Notes: generated by a model not told the origin, from the sequence alone. DNA of 50,420 bases from an uncultured Sandaracinaceae bacterium (GCA_964635815.1 CAZWQH010000001.1:1-50420), one strand, 5' to 3'. Shown: positions 25,417 through 36,118, numbered from the stretch's first letter. Program-made: numbers and translations.

Positions 25417-28400
25417 CGATCCTCCGCAGTCACGTCGAGGCGCTGTCCGCTGACGTACGCCTCGAGCTCACGCTCACCGCGATCGATCGGCGCGCGGTTT
25501 CGACGCGCGCGAATCCATATCGCCGAGCGATCGAAAAGGTCATACGCAACAGGAACAGCTACCAACGTGAGCAGCAGAGACATGAGCTGTCCGCCGACTA
25601 CGATGCCGCTCGCTGCTTGATTGCGCCCCGCTCCCACGCCCTTCGAGAAGATGAGAGGTGCCATGCCCGCAACGAACGCGAAGGTCGTCATGAGGATGGG
25701 ACGAAGGCGATCTCGGTTCGCTTCCATGATTGCGTCGAACCTCGCGCGCCCTTCCTTACGCAGGTTGTTCGTATGATCGATCTGAAGGATCGCGTTCTTT
25801 TTCACGACGCCGAAGAGCACGAGCAGACCGAGTGCCGAGAACATGTTGAGCGACTGTCCAAGTAGCAGGAGCGAAATGAGCGCAAACGGGACGGTGAGCG
25901 GAAGCGACAACAGAATGATCGCCGGCTGAGACCACGATTCGAACTGCGCCGCGAGAACGAGGTACATGAAGATGAAGCCCAGCAGCATCACGGTAAGGAA
26001 CCCGGTCTGAAGCTGACCTGCGGTCTTGGACTGTCCGACCGGCTGAAGGCGATAGTCGGAGGGAAGTCCTTGGGCAGCGAACAGCCGCTTTAACTCGGCC
26101 TCGACCACGTTGGTGCCCACGCCCGGCGCCGCGTTCGACATGATGGTGAACTGACGCTGTCGGTTGTAGTGATCGATACGTTGCGGCCCCGTGCCTTGCT
26201 CAAAGTTCACGACCTGGCTCAACGGTACTGCCCCGGCACCGGGTGAAGGGACCGCGAGGAGCGAGAGCCCAGCGGGCTCCGCGCGAAATGCGCTGTCCGC
26301 GCGTACGTTCACGTCGTACTGCTCCCCGCCGTCACTGATACTGCTCGCGACGACGCCCCCCACGAAGATGCGCAGCGTTTGCGCAATCGAGCTCACTTGA
26401 ATGCCGAGCGCGGCCGCGCGCTCGCGATCGATCGTTACTCCGACCTCAGGGCGCCGTTCACCAAGCGTAGTATCGACGTCGACGGCACCTGGGTGTTTTC
26501 GCAGACCTGCAACGATCGCGTTCACTGCCTCGGTCAATCGCTCGATGCTTGGACCGGTCAATGCGTATTGAACCTTGGCTTGAGACTGACCGCTCGAGAA
26601 CTCTGGAACGTCACCGGCAATGCCGTCTACGCCGGCGGGAAGCCTCGTAAGCACCTCCTTGCGGACACGTTGCATGAGGTACTGCTGATTGAACGAGCGC
26701 TTGTCGGGATCTGTGAGGAACGCGTAGATCTTTGCCTCGTTCGATGCAGCCGTCGTTCCTTCTGCAACGGTGATGACCGTGTTCTTGACGCCTTCGTAGC
26801 GACGAACATGAGTGGCCACGCGCTCCGCGATCAGGCGCGTCTCCTCCGTGCTGGTGCCCTCCACAGCCTTGATTCGGATTTGAAACTGAGCCTGATCATC
26901 GGCGGGCAGGAAGGCTGAAGGAACGCGTTTGGCAAGCGGAATGCAGGACGCGATCGCAACGACACATGCGATCACGACGAGCCAGCTCTGACGCAAACAG
27001 AAACCAAGCACTCGAAGGTAGGCTCGCTCGATCGGCCGATAGAACCAGTCCACGACTCGAGCGAGCGGATTGGGTTTGTCGCCCGCCGCGCGAAGCAACC
27101 TCGCGGACATCATCGGCGTCAGCGTGAAGCTGACGAACAGAGATACCGCGATGCTGAAGGCCATGGTCAAGCCGAAGCTCGTCAGGAACCGCCCCGGAAC
27201 GCCACCAACGTAGGCTATGGGAACGAACACCGCGATGAGCGAAATCGAAGTTGCGAGAACGGCCAGACCGATCTCCTTCGTGCCGCGCACGGCTGCCATG
27301 AACGGCTTCTCGCCCTTTTCATCGATGTAGCGAACGATGTTCTCGAGAACGACGATTGCGTCGTCGATCACGATTCCGACCGCAAGCGCCAACGCCAAGA
27401 GGGTGAGGAAATTGAGCGTGAAGCCAGCGAGCTTCATGATCGCAAACGTGCCGATGATCGAAACCGGAATGGCAACCGCGGCGATAATTGTCGTTCGCAG
27501 ATTTCCGAGAAAAAGGAGCACCACGAGCGCAGCGAGCAGTGAGCCGACGACCAAATGTTCGGTAACGGCCGCTATTCCAGTCCGAATCGTTCCGGAGTTG
27601 TCGCGGACCATCTGGATGGTTGCGCCCTTTGGGAGCTTCTGCTGAACGTCTGCGAGTCGCTTGAGGATCGCATCGACGACGGCGACGGTGTTCCGCCCGG
27701 ACTGCTTCGTCACCGAAATCATGACGATCGGCGTGTCGTTGAGCATGGCGGCGGAAATCTCGTCCGCCATTCCGTCTTCGACTCGAGCTACATCGCGTAC
27801 CCGAAGCGGCCGCCCGTTGGTTGACCGCAGGACGATGCTCCCCAAGTCCTCCGCTGTTTCGACACGGCCGAGCACGCGCACGGTCTGGTGCGCGGGTCCG
27901 GACTCGAGTGACCCCCCCGGGACATTCAGATTCTGTTGCCCGATCGCAAGATTGACTTCCGAGGCTGTGATGCCGTTCGCGCGCAGGCGCGTGGGGTCGA
28001 GCCACACGTTGAACTGCCGCTCTCGGCCGCCGACAATTTCTACCAACCCTACGCCGTCGATGTTCTCGAGCTGTCGTCGGACTTGTTTGTCGGCGAGCTC
28101 GGTGATCTCTCGGATCGGCAGATCCGCCTTGAGGGCAAGCAAGACAACCGCAGAAGCGGTGGGATCGACACGCGAGACGACGGGAATCTCCACGTCGTCG
28201 GGGAGCTCGTTCAGAACGATATTGATCTTGTCGCGAACCTCTTGCGCCCCGACGTCTGTGTCCTTGTCGATGGTAAATGCAACGATGACTTGCGAGACGC
28301 CCTCGCTCGAGATGGATCGCAACTCGTCGATGCCGCCGATCGTGTTGACCGCGCCCTCGATCTTCTCCGTGATCTCGGTCTCGACGTCGGTGGGCGACGC

Positions 28401-28562
28401 ACCTGGGAGGCGGGTCGTCACAATAACGACGGGCACGTCAACGTCTGGAAAGTTATCGACGCCTAGCAGTCGGTAACTGAAGGAACCCACAACCAGGATG
28501 ATGAGCGTCAGCACCGTCGCGAAAACCGGTCGCTGGACACAGACGCGTGCAAGCCACTCCAT
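25413..28562 (-). CDS. RND family efflux transporter permease (AcrB/HAE1-like)
   Basis: 1049 aa with twelve-helix, two-large-loop organisation. Typical strings are [36 protein letters not shown] and the C-terminal half repeat. Confidence 0.95.
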   Translation of the reverse strand: MEWLARVCVQRPVFATVLTLIILVVGSFSYRLLGVDNFPDVDVPVVIVTTRLPGASPTDVETEITEKIEGAVNTIGGIDELRSISSEGVSQVIVAFTIDKDTDVGAQEVRDKINIVLNELPDDVEIPVVSRVDPTASAVVLLALKADLPIREITELADKQVRRQLENIDGVGLVEIVGGRERQFNVWLDPTRLRANGITASEVNLAIGQQNLNVPGGSLESGPAHQTVRVLGRVETAEDLGSIVLRSTNGRPLRVRDVARVEDGMADEISAAMLNDTPIVMISVTKQSGRNTVAVVDAILKRLADVQQKLPKGATIQMVRDNSGTIRTGIAAVTEHLVVGSLLAALVVLLFLGNLRTTIIAAVAIPVSIIGTFAIMKLAGFTLNFLTLLALALAVGIVIDDAIVVLENIVRYIDEKGEKPFMAAVRGTKEIGLAVLATSISLIAVFVPIAYVGGVPGRFLTSFGLTMAFSIAVSLFVSFTLTPMMSARLLRAAGDKPNPLARVVDWFYRPIERAYLRVLGFCLRQSWLVVIACVVAIASCIPLAKRVPSAFLPADDQAQFQIRIKAVEGTSTEETRLIAERVATHVRRYEGVKNTVITVAEGTTAASNEAKIYAFLTDPDKRSFNQQYLMQRVRKEVLTRLPAGVDGIAGDVPEFSSGQSQAKVQYALTGPSIERLTEAVNAIVAGLRKHPGAVDVDTTLGERRPEVGVTIDRERAAALGIQVSSIAQTLRIFVGGVVASSISDGGEQYDVNVRADSAFRAEPAGLSLLAVPSPGAGAVPLSQVVNFEQGTGPQRIDHYNRQRQFTIMSNAAPGVGTNVVEAELKRLFAAQGLPSDYRLQPVGQSKTAGQLQTGFLTVMLLGFIFMYLVLAAQFESWSQPAIILLSLPLTVPFALISLLLLGQSLNMFSALGLLVLFGVVKKNAILQIDHTNNLRKEGRARFDAIMEANRDRLRPILMTTFAFVAGMAPLIFSKGVGAGRNQAASGIVVGGQLMSLLLTLVAVPVAYDLFDRSAIWIRARRNRAPIDRGERELEAYVSGQRLDVTAEDR

Positions 28563-29627
28563 CTATTTCACCGGGCTTCCGTTGATCAGGTCGCGGCCCG
28601 CATCGACGATCACCGACTCTCCCGCGCGGACGCCACGAACGATCGGGATCAGACCGTTCGAGAGCGGCACTCCGACTGCAACCGCGCGCTCCTCTGCGAT
28701 GCCCTCGCGCGATACGAAGACGTGCGGATGGCCGCTGCGCTGAACAATCGCGCTGCTAGGGACTGTCGGGAGCTTTTCTGTACCGAGCGTGACATCAACG
28801 CCCGCGAACATTCCGGGCAGCAAGAGCCCGGCGTCGTTGTCGACCGCTGCCTCGGCAAGAACGTCGCGCGTATTGTTTCTTACGGCAGCGCCCCTCCGAT
28901 CTACTACCGCGGAGAACTGGCGACCTGGGTGCGCCGCGACATCAAACTTTACGGTTGTTCCGACCGGCACCATCGCGAAGTACGGCTCCGGCACCTCGAC
29001 GATGAGACGCAGACGGCTGACGGTCGTCATGCGTGCGACGAGGGTATCGTTTCGGACGTACTCGCCCGGCTCGATGGAGCGGGCGACGATCACGCCATCA
29101 AAAGGGGCGCGGATGGTCGTGTTCGAGAACGCCTGCGACGCTTGCCTCGATCTCGACTCGGCCGCCCGAACATCGATCTCCGACGTGCGACAAATGTCAT
29201 AGAGACGATCGCGCTCGGCTTCCGTGATGGTTCTTGCAGCCAGCAACCTATCCGCACGCTCACACTCCCGAAGCGCTTGCTCCCGTCGAGCGCGAACCAG
29301 GTCCACCTGAGCACCGGCTTCGAACGCCAACGCGGAAACGGTTCGAGCGTCGATCTTCGCAAGGATGTCGCCGCGCTTAACTGCCGAGCCGACGTCGAAC
29401 AAAACTCGGGTCACGCGTCCGTTGGCATCCGCCGCCAGATCGGACTCTTGATCTCCGCGAAGCGAACCGGTGATTCGAACGGTCTTGGGCACATCGTGTT
29501 CTGCCGCGACGACAACCTTGACGTCGATCGGAGCGGGAGGTGGCTTTACCTTCGCCTTCCCGGATGGTTGGCACGCCGCAAGCGCAGCGCCCAACAGAAG
29601 CAAGATCGCGCAGTTCGTAGTTGGCAT
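28563..29627 (-). CDS. efflux RND periplasmic adaptor (membrane fusion protein), lipoprotein
   Basis: The ATG at 29627 gives MPTTNCAILLLLGAALAAC. Has a lipoyl/hairpin/beta-barrel pattern (ILAKIDARTVS...IRAPFDGVIVARSIEPGEYV). Its stop abuts the RND start codon. Confidence 0.9.
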   Translation of the reverse strand: MPTTNCAILLLLGAALAACQPSGKAKVKPPPAPIDVKVVVAAEHDVPKTVRITGSLRGDQESDLAADANGRVTRVLFDVGSAVKRGDILAKIDARTVSALAFEAGAQVDLVRARREQALRECERADRLLAARTITEAERDRLYDICRTSEIDVRAAESRSRQASQAFSNTTIRAPFDGVIVARSIEPGEYVRNDTLVARMTTVSRLRLIVEVPEPYFAMVPVGTTVKFDVAAHPGRQFSAVVDRRGAAVRNNTRDVLAEAAVDNDAGLLLPGMFAGVDVTLGTEKLPTVPSSAIVQRSGHPHVFVSREGIAEERAVAVGVPLSNGLIPIVRGVRAGESVIVDAGRDLINGSPVK

Positions 29628-29655
29628 GACGTGACGATCACGTAGCAAGCAGCCA

Positions 29656-29707
29656 GTTGCATAGCAACAATAATGTTGCGATAGACCTAGCCGCCAGCGC
29701 CTAGGTC
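29656..29707. promoter_or_regulatory. candidate TetR operator(s) in the divergent efflux/tetR spacer
   Basis: The 13-bp palindrome GTTGC-ATA-GCAAC (29656-29668) is followed 6 nt later by the half-site repeat GTTGCGATAG (29675-29684). A second inverted repeat, GACCTAG (29684-29690) / CTAGGTC (29701-29707), follows. This is the AT-richest patch of the 96-nt spacer. Confidence 0.4.
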
Positions 29708-29723
29708 AGCTACGTTTTGATCC

Positions 29724-30398
29724 GTGAGCAGATCGCATCACGACGAACCCAAACAGATCCGGGGGCAGTCCCTCGTCGCGAAGGTCTTGGATGCTGCGAT
29801 CGAGGAGCTCGCACTCACGGGCTACGAGGGACTCTCCATCGAACGTGTGTCGGAGCGAGCAAACGTCAACCGCACGACCATCTATCGGCGCTGGCCGACG
29901 AAGAGCGAGTTGATCCGCGCCACGATCCGTCACGCGTCCGGCAGCGCGAGCATCGACTGGGATACAGGCTCGCTTAGAAGCGACCTCGAGCTACTCATCC
30001 AACGAGCGCAAGCCCGATTGCTTGCTCCAGGCATGCTCGGGATTCTGCGACTGAGGCTCGACGTGGCCGAAGACCCCGAGCTCCATGCATTCGTCAAGCG
30101 AATGCAGCAAGACCGCATCAACGACGCAATGAAGTTGCTCATACGAGCCGAGAAACGTGGCGACCTCCGGCCCGATCTCGACAAGGCGCTGTTTCTCGAT
30201 AGCGTGTTCGGAATCCTGTGCGCCAAGATCGTATTCCGCCGCGAGCTGATCACGAAGGACTTCGTCCCTCGAATGCTCGACTACGCGCTGAGCATCGCGG
30301 CACCCACCGTTGTGCCGGGAAAGAGAAGCCGAGCGCGTCCCAGCAAGGCTCCGACCGCGAAGACACGCGCCGCCAAGCGATCGAGTACGCGGCGATAG
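29724..30398 (+). CDS. TetR/AcrR family transcriptional regulator
   Basis: N-terminal HTH VLDAAIEELALTGYEGLSIERVSERANVNRTTIYRRWPTKSELI. Divergent from the efflux operon. Has an unusual Lys/Arg/Ala-rich C-terminal tail. Confidence 0.85.
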   Translation: MSRSHHDEPKQIRGQSLVAKVLDAAIEELALTGYEGLSIERVSERANVNRTTIYRRWPTKSELIRATIRHASGSASIDWDTGSLRSDLELLIQRAQARLLAPGMLGILRLRLDVAEDPELHAFVKRMQQDRINDAMKLLIRAEKRGDLRPDLDKALFLDSVFGILCAKIVFRRELITKDFVPRMLDYALSIAAPTVVPGKRSRARPSKAPTAKTRAAKRSSTRR

Positions 30399-30406
30399 CC
30401 ATCCTC

Positions 30407-31459
30407 TTGCCGCCGCTCTCTCTGCTCTGCACGGCTGCTTTTGCGCAGACGGAACCCGGCGCGACACACACCTCCTGGTCGCTCGATTACTCGGTCTCCG
30501 AATCGCTGCAGAGCAGCTGCCCGGACGAGTCGCGCTTTCGCGAGTCGGTCGCATCGCGCATAGGTCGAGATCCTTTTCGCGCAGCCGCAGCGCCCGATAC
30601 CACACAGCCGTTCGGTTCAATGACAATCGCGTTCGATTCGGTGGCAGCTGGAGCCCGCGCGCGATTGCAAGTCTCGAGACAACTCGGCGAGACGGGTGCC
30701 CGCCCCTCACGCGTGCTCGAAGGGCATGTCACGGACTGCATGGGACTGGCGGACGCCATCGCGCTTTCCGCGGCGGTGGTAATCGAGCCGAGCATCACAA
30801 CTCGCCCGACAACGACCGCAACACCCACAGACGTCGCACCGGCGCAGATCGAGACTGAGGTCTCGCCGCCTGTGGCGCCGACTGTCGGTCATTTGGACGC
30901 GACTCCTCCTAGCGATGCCGGCCCACACGAACGGGCGCCGGACTCTGGCGACGGACTCGGCTTCGCGCTCAGGGGCGCGGTCGATTTCGACGCTTGGCTA
31001 GCACCCACTGCGACGTTCGGCGGATCCGTGGGTTTCGCTCTGCGATCGAAAGCCTGGTCACTTGAGCTCGGAGGGTTGTTTCTTCTTCCGGTCGCGACCG
31101 CGCAGACACTCAGCAGCGATCGCTTCGCTGCAAGCGTCTATGCGGGTACCGCGCGCGGCTGCGCACGCTTCGGCGCCATCGCACCGTGTGTGGGTCTTCT
31201 CGCGGGCTCGATGGTCGCGCGCGCCACGACCGTGAGCGATCCCATCGACCGAGTGCTCCCCCTTGTCGCGCTGCTCGCGCGGATCGAGGCGTCGTTGGAC
31301 CTCACAGACCACATCGCCTTGATTGGCGGAGCCGAGCTAGTGATTCCCCTCACAAAGGCTGAGCTGCTCATCGGACCCCGCGCCATCTGGACGAGCAGCG
31401 CGATTTCCCTTCACATTTCACTAGGAATTGAAGCTCGCTTCGCCAACGGTCCCCTATAA
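30407..31459 (+). CDS. exported hypothetical protein (C-terminal beta-barrel-like); start uncertain
   Basis: The ORF is open from GTG 30218, which would overlap tetR by 181 nt. The only other in-frame start is TTG 30407. The signal-like segment AAIAILLPPLSLLCTAAFAQ spans this point. The C-terminal third is Gly/Ala-rich with alternating hydrophobics. Confidence 0.5.
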   Translation: MPPLSLLCTAAFAQTEPGATHTSWSLDYSVSESLQSSCPDESRFRESVASRIGRDPFRAAAAPDTTQPFGSMTIAFDSVAAGARARLQVSRQLGETGARPSRVLEGHVTDCMGLADAIALSAAVVIEPSITTRPTTTATPTDVAPAQIETEVSPPVAPTVGHLDATPPSDAGPHERAPDSGDGLGFALRGAVDFDAWLAPTATFGGSVGFALRSKAWSLELGGLFLLPVATAQTLSSDRFAASVYAGTARGCARFGAIAPCVGLLAGSMVARATTVSDPIDRVLPLVALLARIEASLDLTDHIALIGGAELVIPLTKAELLIGPRAIWTSSAISLHISLGIEARFANGPL

Positions 31460-31551
31460 GCTCTCGACGCAGTGCCTGTTTTCATAACTTGCGCGTGCTC
31501 CACACAACTATCGACTGACGTGTATCTCGGGATCTTCAGAAAGCCTCGACC

Positions 31552-32106
31552 GTGAGCGCGCCCGCCGACAACGAAAGCTTTCGCGCGCTGTTTCTCGCCG
31601 AGCACGCGTACGTCGCTCGGACGCTGCGGCGTCTCGGCATTTCGCCAGGCGACGTGGAAGATGTCGCACAAGAGGTGTGGTTGAAGATCCTTCCGCGGAT
31701 TGGCGAGCTCGATCGCACCAAGCCGGTTCGGCCTTGGCTGTTCACGTTCGCACGGTACGCATCGCTCAATCACAATCGCCTCGCGCGTCACCGCGAGAGT
31801 GAACTGACCGAAGACGGTCCTCCCGTTGATCTAGCGCAATCGAGTCGTACTTCGGCAGAATCGATCGCGTCACAGAAGCAGGAGCACGATCGGCTGCTCG
31901 ACGCATTGGACGGGGTCGATGCCAAGTATCGTGAGGCGTTCGTGCTCTGTGTGCTCGACGAGGTCTCGGTCAGCGACGCAGCGACCATCCTCAACGCGCC
32001 CGTTCAGACGCTGTACTCGCGCATCCACCGCGCGCAAGAATTGTTGGTCGCGCTTCTCCGTGACTCGAGCGGCCCAGAAGGACTTTCCTCAGGAGCGACA
32101 TCATGA
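31552..32106 (+). CDS. ECF-type RNA polymerase sigma factor
   Basis: Region 2 (DVEDVAQEVWLKI...RPWLFTFARYASLNHNR) and region 4 (REAFVLCVLDEVSVSDAATILNAPVQTLYSRIHRAQ). GTG start. Confidence 0.85.
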   Translation: MSAPADNESFRALFLAEHAYVARTLRRLGISPGDVEDVAQEVWLKILPRIGELDRTKPVRPWLFTFARYASLNHNRLARHRESELTEDGPPVDLAQSSRTSAESIASQKQEHDRLLDALDGVDAKYREAFVLCVLDEVSVSDAATILNAPVQTLYSRIHRAQELLVALLRDSSGPEGLSSGATS

Positions 32107-32888
32107 GAACACAACCCGGTTCTGAGCCACTCGACGAACTGCAGCTTCGTCCGGAGCTTCAGGAGCTCGTGCTCCGCGAACGCGCGATCGGCGCAGGAAA
32201 CCCCGTCGCGACCGACGCGGCGTTCGCCCGATTGCAAGCAGTCATCGCTGCGGGCGGATCCCTCGCGGCGCCGGTCGACGCAGCACGAGAAGCCATTTCG
32301 ACCACACAAGCAGCCGGCGCAGCAGCGGCCACGACCAAAGGTTTGAGCGCGCTCGTGCTCGCCGGAACGTTCCTCTCCGGAACCATCCTCGGCGGTGGCG
32401 CCGTCGCGCTCGTCGATCGGGCTCGCGCGAATCCGGAGCGACCCACAGTAGAGCGCGTAGCAAACCCGGTCCGCGTTGAAGGTCCTCTACCCCCGCGGAC
32501 CGATCCAGTCGGGGCGCCCGTGCCTTCTTCCGGTCCTGCATTCGAGTCGCCGGCACCGCGCGAAACTCGCGCGCTCGAGCACCGCGATGCGGGCGCAGCC
32601 ACCAACTCGATGAGCCGTCGCAACCTCGCCGACGAGCAACGACTGGTCGAGGCAGCTCGATCTGCTCTCATCCGAGGGCGAGGGTCTGACGCGCTGTCTT
32701 TCTTAAAACAACACCGCGCGAGGTACTCAGCCACCGGCGCGCTCTCCGAAGAGCGTGATGCTGTGGAAGTTCAAGCGTTGGCAGCATCCGGCGATCTTCC
32801 AGGCGCCATAGCGGCTGCGCGTCGGTTTCGGCGTCGCTACCCCGCGAGCATCTTCGGGGCAGCGATCGACGACGCGATTCGTGAGTAA
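32103..32888 (+). CDS. putative anti-sigma factor (single-pass membrane protein)
   Basis: ATGA overlap with the sigma gene. One transmembrane helix (LSALVLAGTFLSGTILGGGAVALV). The extracytoplasmic C-terminus is helical and TPR-like. Confidence 0.6.
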   Translation: MRTQPGSEPLDELQLRPELQELVLRERAIGAGNPVATDAAFARLQAVIAAGGSLAAPVDAAREAISTTQAAGAAAATTKGLSALVLAGTFLSGTILGGGAVALVDRARANPERPTVERVANPVRVEGPLPPRTDPVGAPVPSSGPAFESPAPRETRALEHRDAGAATNSMSRRNLADEQRLVEAARSALIRGRGSDALSFLKQHRARYSATGALSEERDAVEVQALAASGDLPGAIAAARRFRRRYPASIFGAAIDDAIRE

Positions 32889-32987
32889 ACGCACGAGCTG
32901 TTCATACGACGCTCCGTCACAACACAGCCTTCGTTGCGCACCTTAGTTTCTCCTTACGAGTAGGCCGCGCAGGAAGGCTGTTCCATC

Positions 32988-35243
32988 GTGAAGTTTGCTT
33001 GTCGTGTGGTTGGTCGCGAATCCGTCGCGGTCGCGATCCTGTTGCTCGCCGCGTGTGCATCACGCGCCTCGCTCGGAGTTCCGCCTGAGAATGAGGATGG
33101 AGGCAGCGACGACGCGCACTCTTCTGAGGGCGATGCGTCCGCCACGACGAACGACGGTTCGAGCCTCCGCGACGCGCAGGTAATCGACGCTCAGCTGCAG
33201 GTCGATGTGGCGCCCGTTCAGACCGATGGTGCCCTCACGGATACGCGCACTGCACTCGACGCCTTGACCGCGAACGATGCGATGGGCCACACGCCGACTG
33301 ATGTCGCGACGTTGGACGCACGGACTGAACCGCCCAGCTACCTGACCGACGAAGACTTCGAAACCGGAGACCTAACGAAGTTTCCGTATCGTGTCTCGCA
33401 CACAGGAAGCGCTACGGACTGGAACGTCGTGCGCGACGCCACGTGCGGCGGTGCACATTGTGCAAAAGCGGGCGTGACACCAAGCAACACATCGACGTCG
33501 ATGGAGCTCTCGTTGTTCGTTCGCGAGGCCTCACGGATCTCGTTCCGTGTTCGAACAAACCTAGAGGACGCGCATCACTACTTCCGTTTCTACGTCGACG
33601 GTGAAGAGCGCATCGAACTGACCGGCGCCACCGCATGGACCACCGTCACCACGCCAATAGCAGCAAGCGCGCCAGGAGGCGCCGATCACGTGCTGAAGTG
33701 GGAGATGTCACGCGATGGATTCGTCGCGGCGGATGGGCCACCACGCGTGGACGTGTACATCGATGACATCGACATGCCTGTGTGGAACTCGGAGCCTTCC
33801 GTTCCGACACGCTTGCGTCCTGGCTCCGGAGTTGCGGCGAGAGCACCCACTCTTTCCTGGATTAGCGCGGATCCGGATTTCGACCGGCTCACCTACGAAG
33901 TTCAGCTCTCCACGGTCCCGAACTTCTCGGCGATGCGATCGACTGGCGAACTTGGCGCCCCGATGTACTCGCTCACCACGAGCGGAATTTCATTTTGGCG
34001 CGTGCGCGCAAAAGACAACAGTAGCTACCGCTGGAGCGCCTGGAGCGAGATCCAGTCCATTCGCGTCATCGAAGGAGACAGCCCGCGCTTTTGGCAGCAA
34101 ACCCGTTCGGAGCTCGAGCTCTCCACGCAGAAGCACATGCGTGGAGGAACGACCCCTCGCGAGTACCACGTCACTCGCGGACTGCCGGGCGTATTCGAGG
34201 TATTCGAACCCATACCGGGGAGCACGATCGAAGTAGGGGTATACGGTCCGCCGAGACGATCAGGGCAGACGTTCGACGCGAAGATGGACGGCGTGGTCGT
34301 CGCGAGCACGGACACGGACGCTAGCGCGTGTGGGTCTTTCTCCTCGAACTGGCGAACGATCGCCACCTGCAACGCGACCGATTGCTTTGCGACCATGGCC
34401 GACGGCCAGGTAATCGTGACAGCTTCCGAACGCGCGCATGGAACGGCATCGTCTCTATGCCCGACCACTGGAGGAACCTCGTCGTCCTGGCTTCGATACC
34501 CGGCCTACGGGGAGATCGTGTCGCCCGAGATACATCTCTCAGACCTAGTGTCGGAACCGTCACAACACTGGTCTCATGTACGAGTCTCCCTCACAACCCC
34601 ACTAAGAGGCGACGTGCGCTTCGTAGTCGAAGACGTCGACGGGAACGAAGTCACGCATCGCGAAGTGTTCTCCGCGGCTGCCGGAGCAGCGCGTTCCTAC
34701 TCGCTCCATCTGTTCGACCCCCGTGCGACGAATCTCGAAACCATTCGCATCCGCGCTTGGATTCCTCCTGATGCGACTCTCGAGTCGTGGAGCGCGCACG
34801 CCGGGCCTTCGTTCCACTGGGACTTCGTGAACGGCGACACTACCCGCTTCAGCGGAACGGCTGCCTCTGGCGCGCTCCGACCGCTCGGTGTCAACGGCAC
34901 CTTCACCGAGTATCGTTTCGCGTCCCCTGTGAGCGCAGAAAGGTTCACGCGACTGGTCGTTCGTGTTCGCTCTTCCAACCAGTGGTCGAACGACAACGCA
35001 TCCGTCTCGTGGAGCAACAACTTCGGCACGTTCGACGTTCGGCGAACGTACACCGTGCGAGATCAGTATCTCTATCTCCCACGCGACGTGACGTTCGATC
35101 TCACCGCGGCCGCAACCCCGCCCAACGAACCGTGGCAGGGCATGATCGAGGCGATCCGGATTTCCCCGGTCGAGAGGTACACAAATGCGATGGGGATGCC
35201 TGCGAGTGGCTGGTTCGAGATCGAGTCCATCGACTTGTACTGA
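32988..35243 (+). CDS. large hypothetical lipoprotein (751 aa)
   Basis: GTG start. Signal/lipobox VAVAILLLAAC. An acidic low-complexity linker is followed by beta-rich domains, including an FN3-like stretch (TLSWISADPDFDRLTYEVQLSTVPNF...WRVRAKDNSSYRWSAWS). Confidence 0.6.
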   Translation: MKFACRVVGRESVAVAILLLAACASRASLGVPPENEDGGSDDAHSSEGDASATTNDGSSLRDAQVIDAQLQVDVAPVQTDGALTDTRTALDALTANDAMGHTPTDVATLDARTEPPSYLTDEDFETGDLTKFPYRVSHTGSATDWNVVRDATCGGAHCAKAGVTPSNTSTSMELSLFVREASRISFRVRTNLEDAHHYFRFYVDGEERIELTGATAWTTVTTPIAASAPGGADHVLKWEMSRDGFVAADGPPRVDVYIDDIDMPVWNSEPSVPTRLRPGSGVAARAPTLSWISADPDFDRLTYEVQLSTVPNFSAMRSTGELGAPMYSLTTSGISFWRVRAKDNSSYRWSAWSEIQSIRVIEGDSPRFWQQTRSELELSTQKHMRGGTTPREYHVTRGLPGVFEVFEPIPGSTIEVGVYGPPRRSGQTFDAKMDGVVVASTDTDASACGSFSSNWRTIATCNATDCFATMADGQVIVTASERAHGTASSLCPTTGGTSSSWLRYPAYGEIVSPEIHLSDLVSEPSQHWSHVRVSLTTPLRGDVRFVVEDVDGNEVTHREVFSAAAGAARSYSLHLFDPRATNLETIRIRAWIPPDATLESWSAHAGPSFHWDFVNGDTTRFSGTAASGALRPLGVNGTFTEYRFASPVSAERFTRLVVRVRSSNQWSNDNASVSWSNNFGTFDVRRTYTVRDQYLYLPRDVTFDLTAAATPPNEPWQGMIEAIRISPVERYTNAMGMPASGWFEIESIDLY

Positions 35244-35371
35244 CCTCACGCACCGGCCTACGTGATCGATCCCGACGGACATCATTGCGAAGCAGTTTGC
35301 CTGAAAGACCGACTGCGACGTCCGTCTGAGGCCATGCTCGACGTGGCGTCGTAACGCCGTATTACTCGCGC

Positions 35372-36118
35372 ATGCCGCCCATTTCGCCTCCGAACGCGTC
35401 GCAACTACTCCTCGCCGCGTTCTGCGTCGTGTCCGTGCTCGTCGCGTACATGGGCGTCTCGCTTGTCCGTACCGCGCGTCAGCGACTGGGCCACGAGGCT
35501 GCGGTGGTGTCGCGCACGACGTGGCGCGCTACCGCAGTGATTGTTGGATGGACGGCCTTCTGGTTGTTCTTTGCTCACACAGGACTGCTCGCGCGTTTCG
35601 ATCGCTTTCCGCCACCCGCGATAGGGATGTTCTTGTCCGTGATGGTGGCGGGATTCGCGATCGCGACGAGCAAGGTCGGCGGATGGCTTTCGAACGGACT
35701 TCCCGTTGTCGCACTCATTGGCCTGCAGGGGTTTCGTTTTCCGCTCGAGCTCGTGATGCACCAAGCCGCGCGGGAAGGTGTGATGCCCGAGCCGATGACG
35801 TTTACCGGACGGAACTTCGACATCCTCACCGGAGTCGCAGCAATCACGATTGCCCTCGTGTATCGCAAACGTGAGGTGCCACGAACGGTCGCGGTGGGCT
35901 TCTCCATTCTCGGAACCGGTTTGCTCGCGACGATTCTCGTCATCGCGCTCGCATCCATGCCTTTGATACGTGCTTTCGGGGACGATCCGAAGATGATCAA
36001 CACGTGGGTCTTCTATCCGCCGTTCGTTCTGTTGCCCGTGCTGTTCGTGCTCGTTGCGCTCGCGGGTCAGCTCGTCTTGATTCGACGGCTTTTCTTTGCA
36101 ATGCCGCGCTTGGACTGA
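35372..36118 (+). CDS. polytopic membrane protein (hypothetical)
   Basis: 248 aa with about seven hydrophobic helices. No motif recognised. Confidence 0.6.
   Translation: MPPISPPNASQLLLAAFCVVSVLVAYMGVSLVRTARQRLGHEAAVVSRTTWRATAVIVGWTAFWLFFAHTGLLARFDRFPPPAIGMFLSVMVAGFAIATSKVGGWLSNGLPVVALIGLQGFRFPLELVMHQAAREGVMPEPMTFTGRNFDILTGVAAITIALVYRKREVPRTVAVGFSILGTGLLATILVIALASMPLIRAFGDDPKMINTWVFYPPFVLLPVLFVLVALAGQLVLIRRLFFAMPRLD

Noticed and set aside
28722-29645. 307-aa + strand ORF
   Set aside because: It is antisense to the membrane fusion protein gene and is a shadow frame. The same reasoning applies to the many 60-270 aa ORFs antisense to the RND pump (for example 27661-28476).
30218-30406. GTG 30218 as the start of the exported protein gene
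   Set aside because: It would overlap the TetR gene by 181 nt and add about 60 Arg-rich residues ahead of the signal-like segment. It is kept as an alternative, because TTG 30407 gives an unusually short signal n-region.
31411-31791. 126-aa minus-strand ORF
   Set aside because: It is antisense to the 5' half of the ECF sigma factor gene, which has clear region 2 and region 4 motifs.
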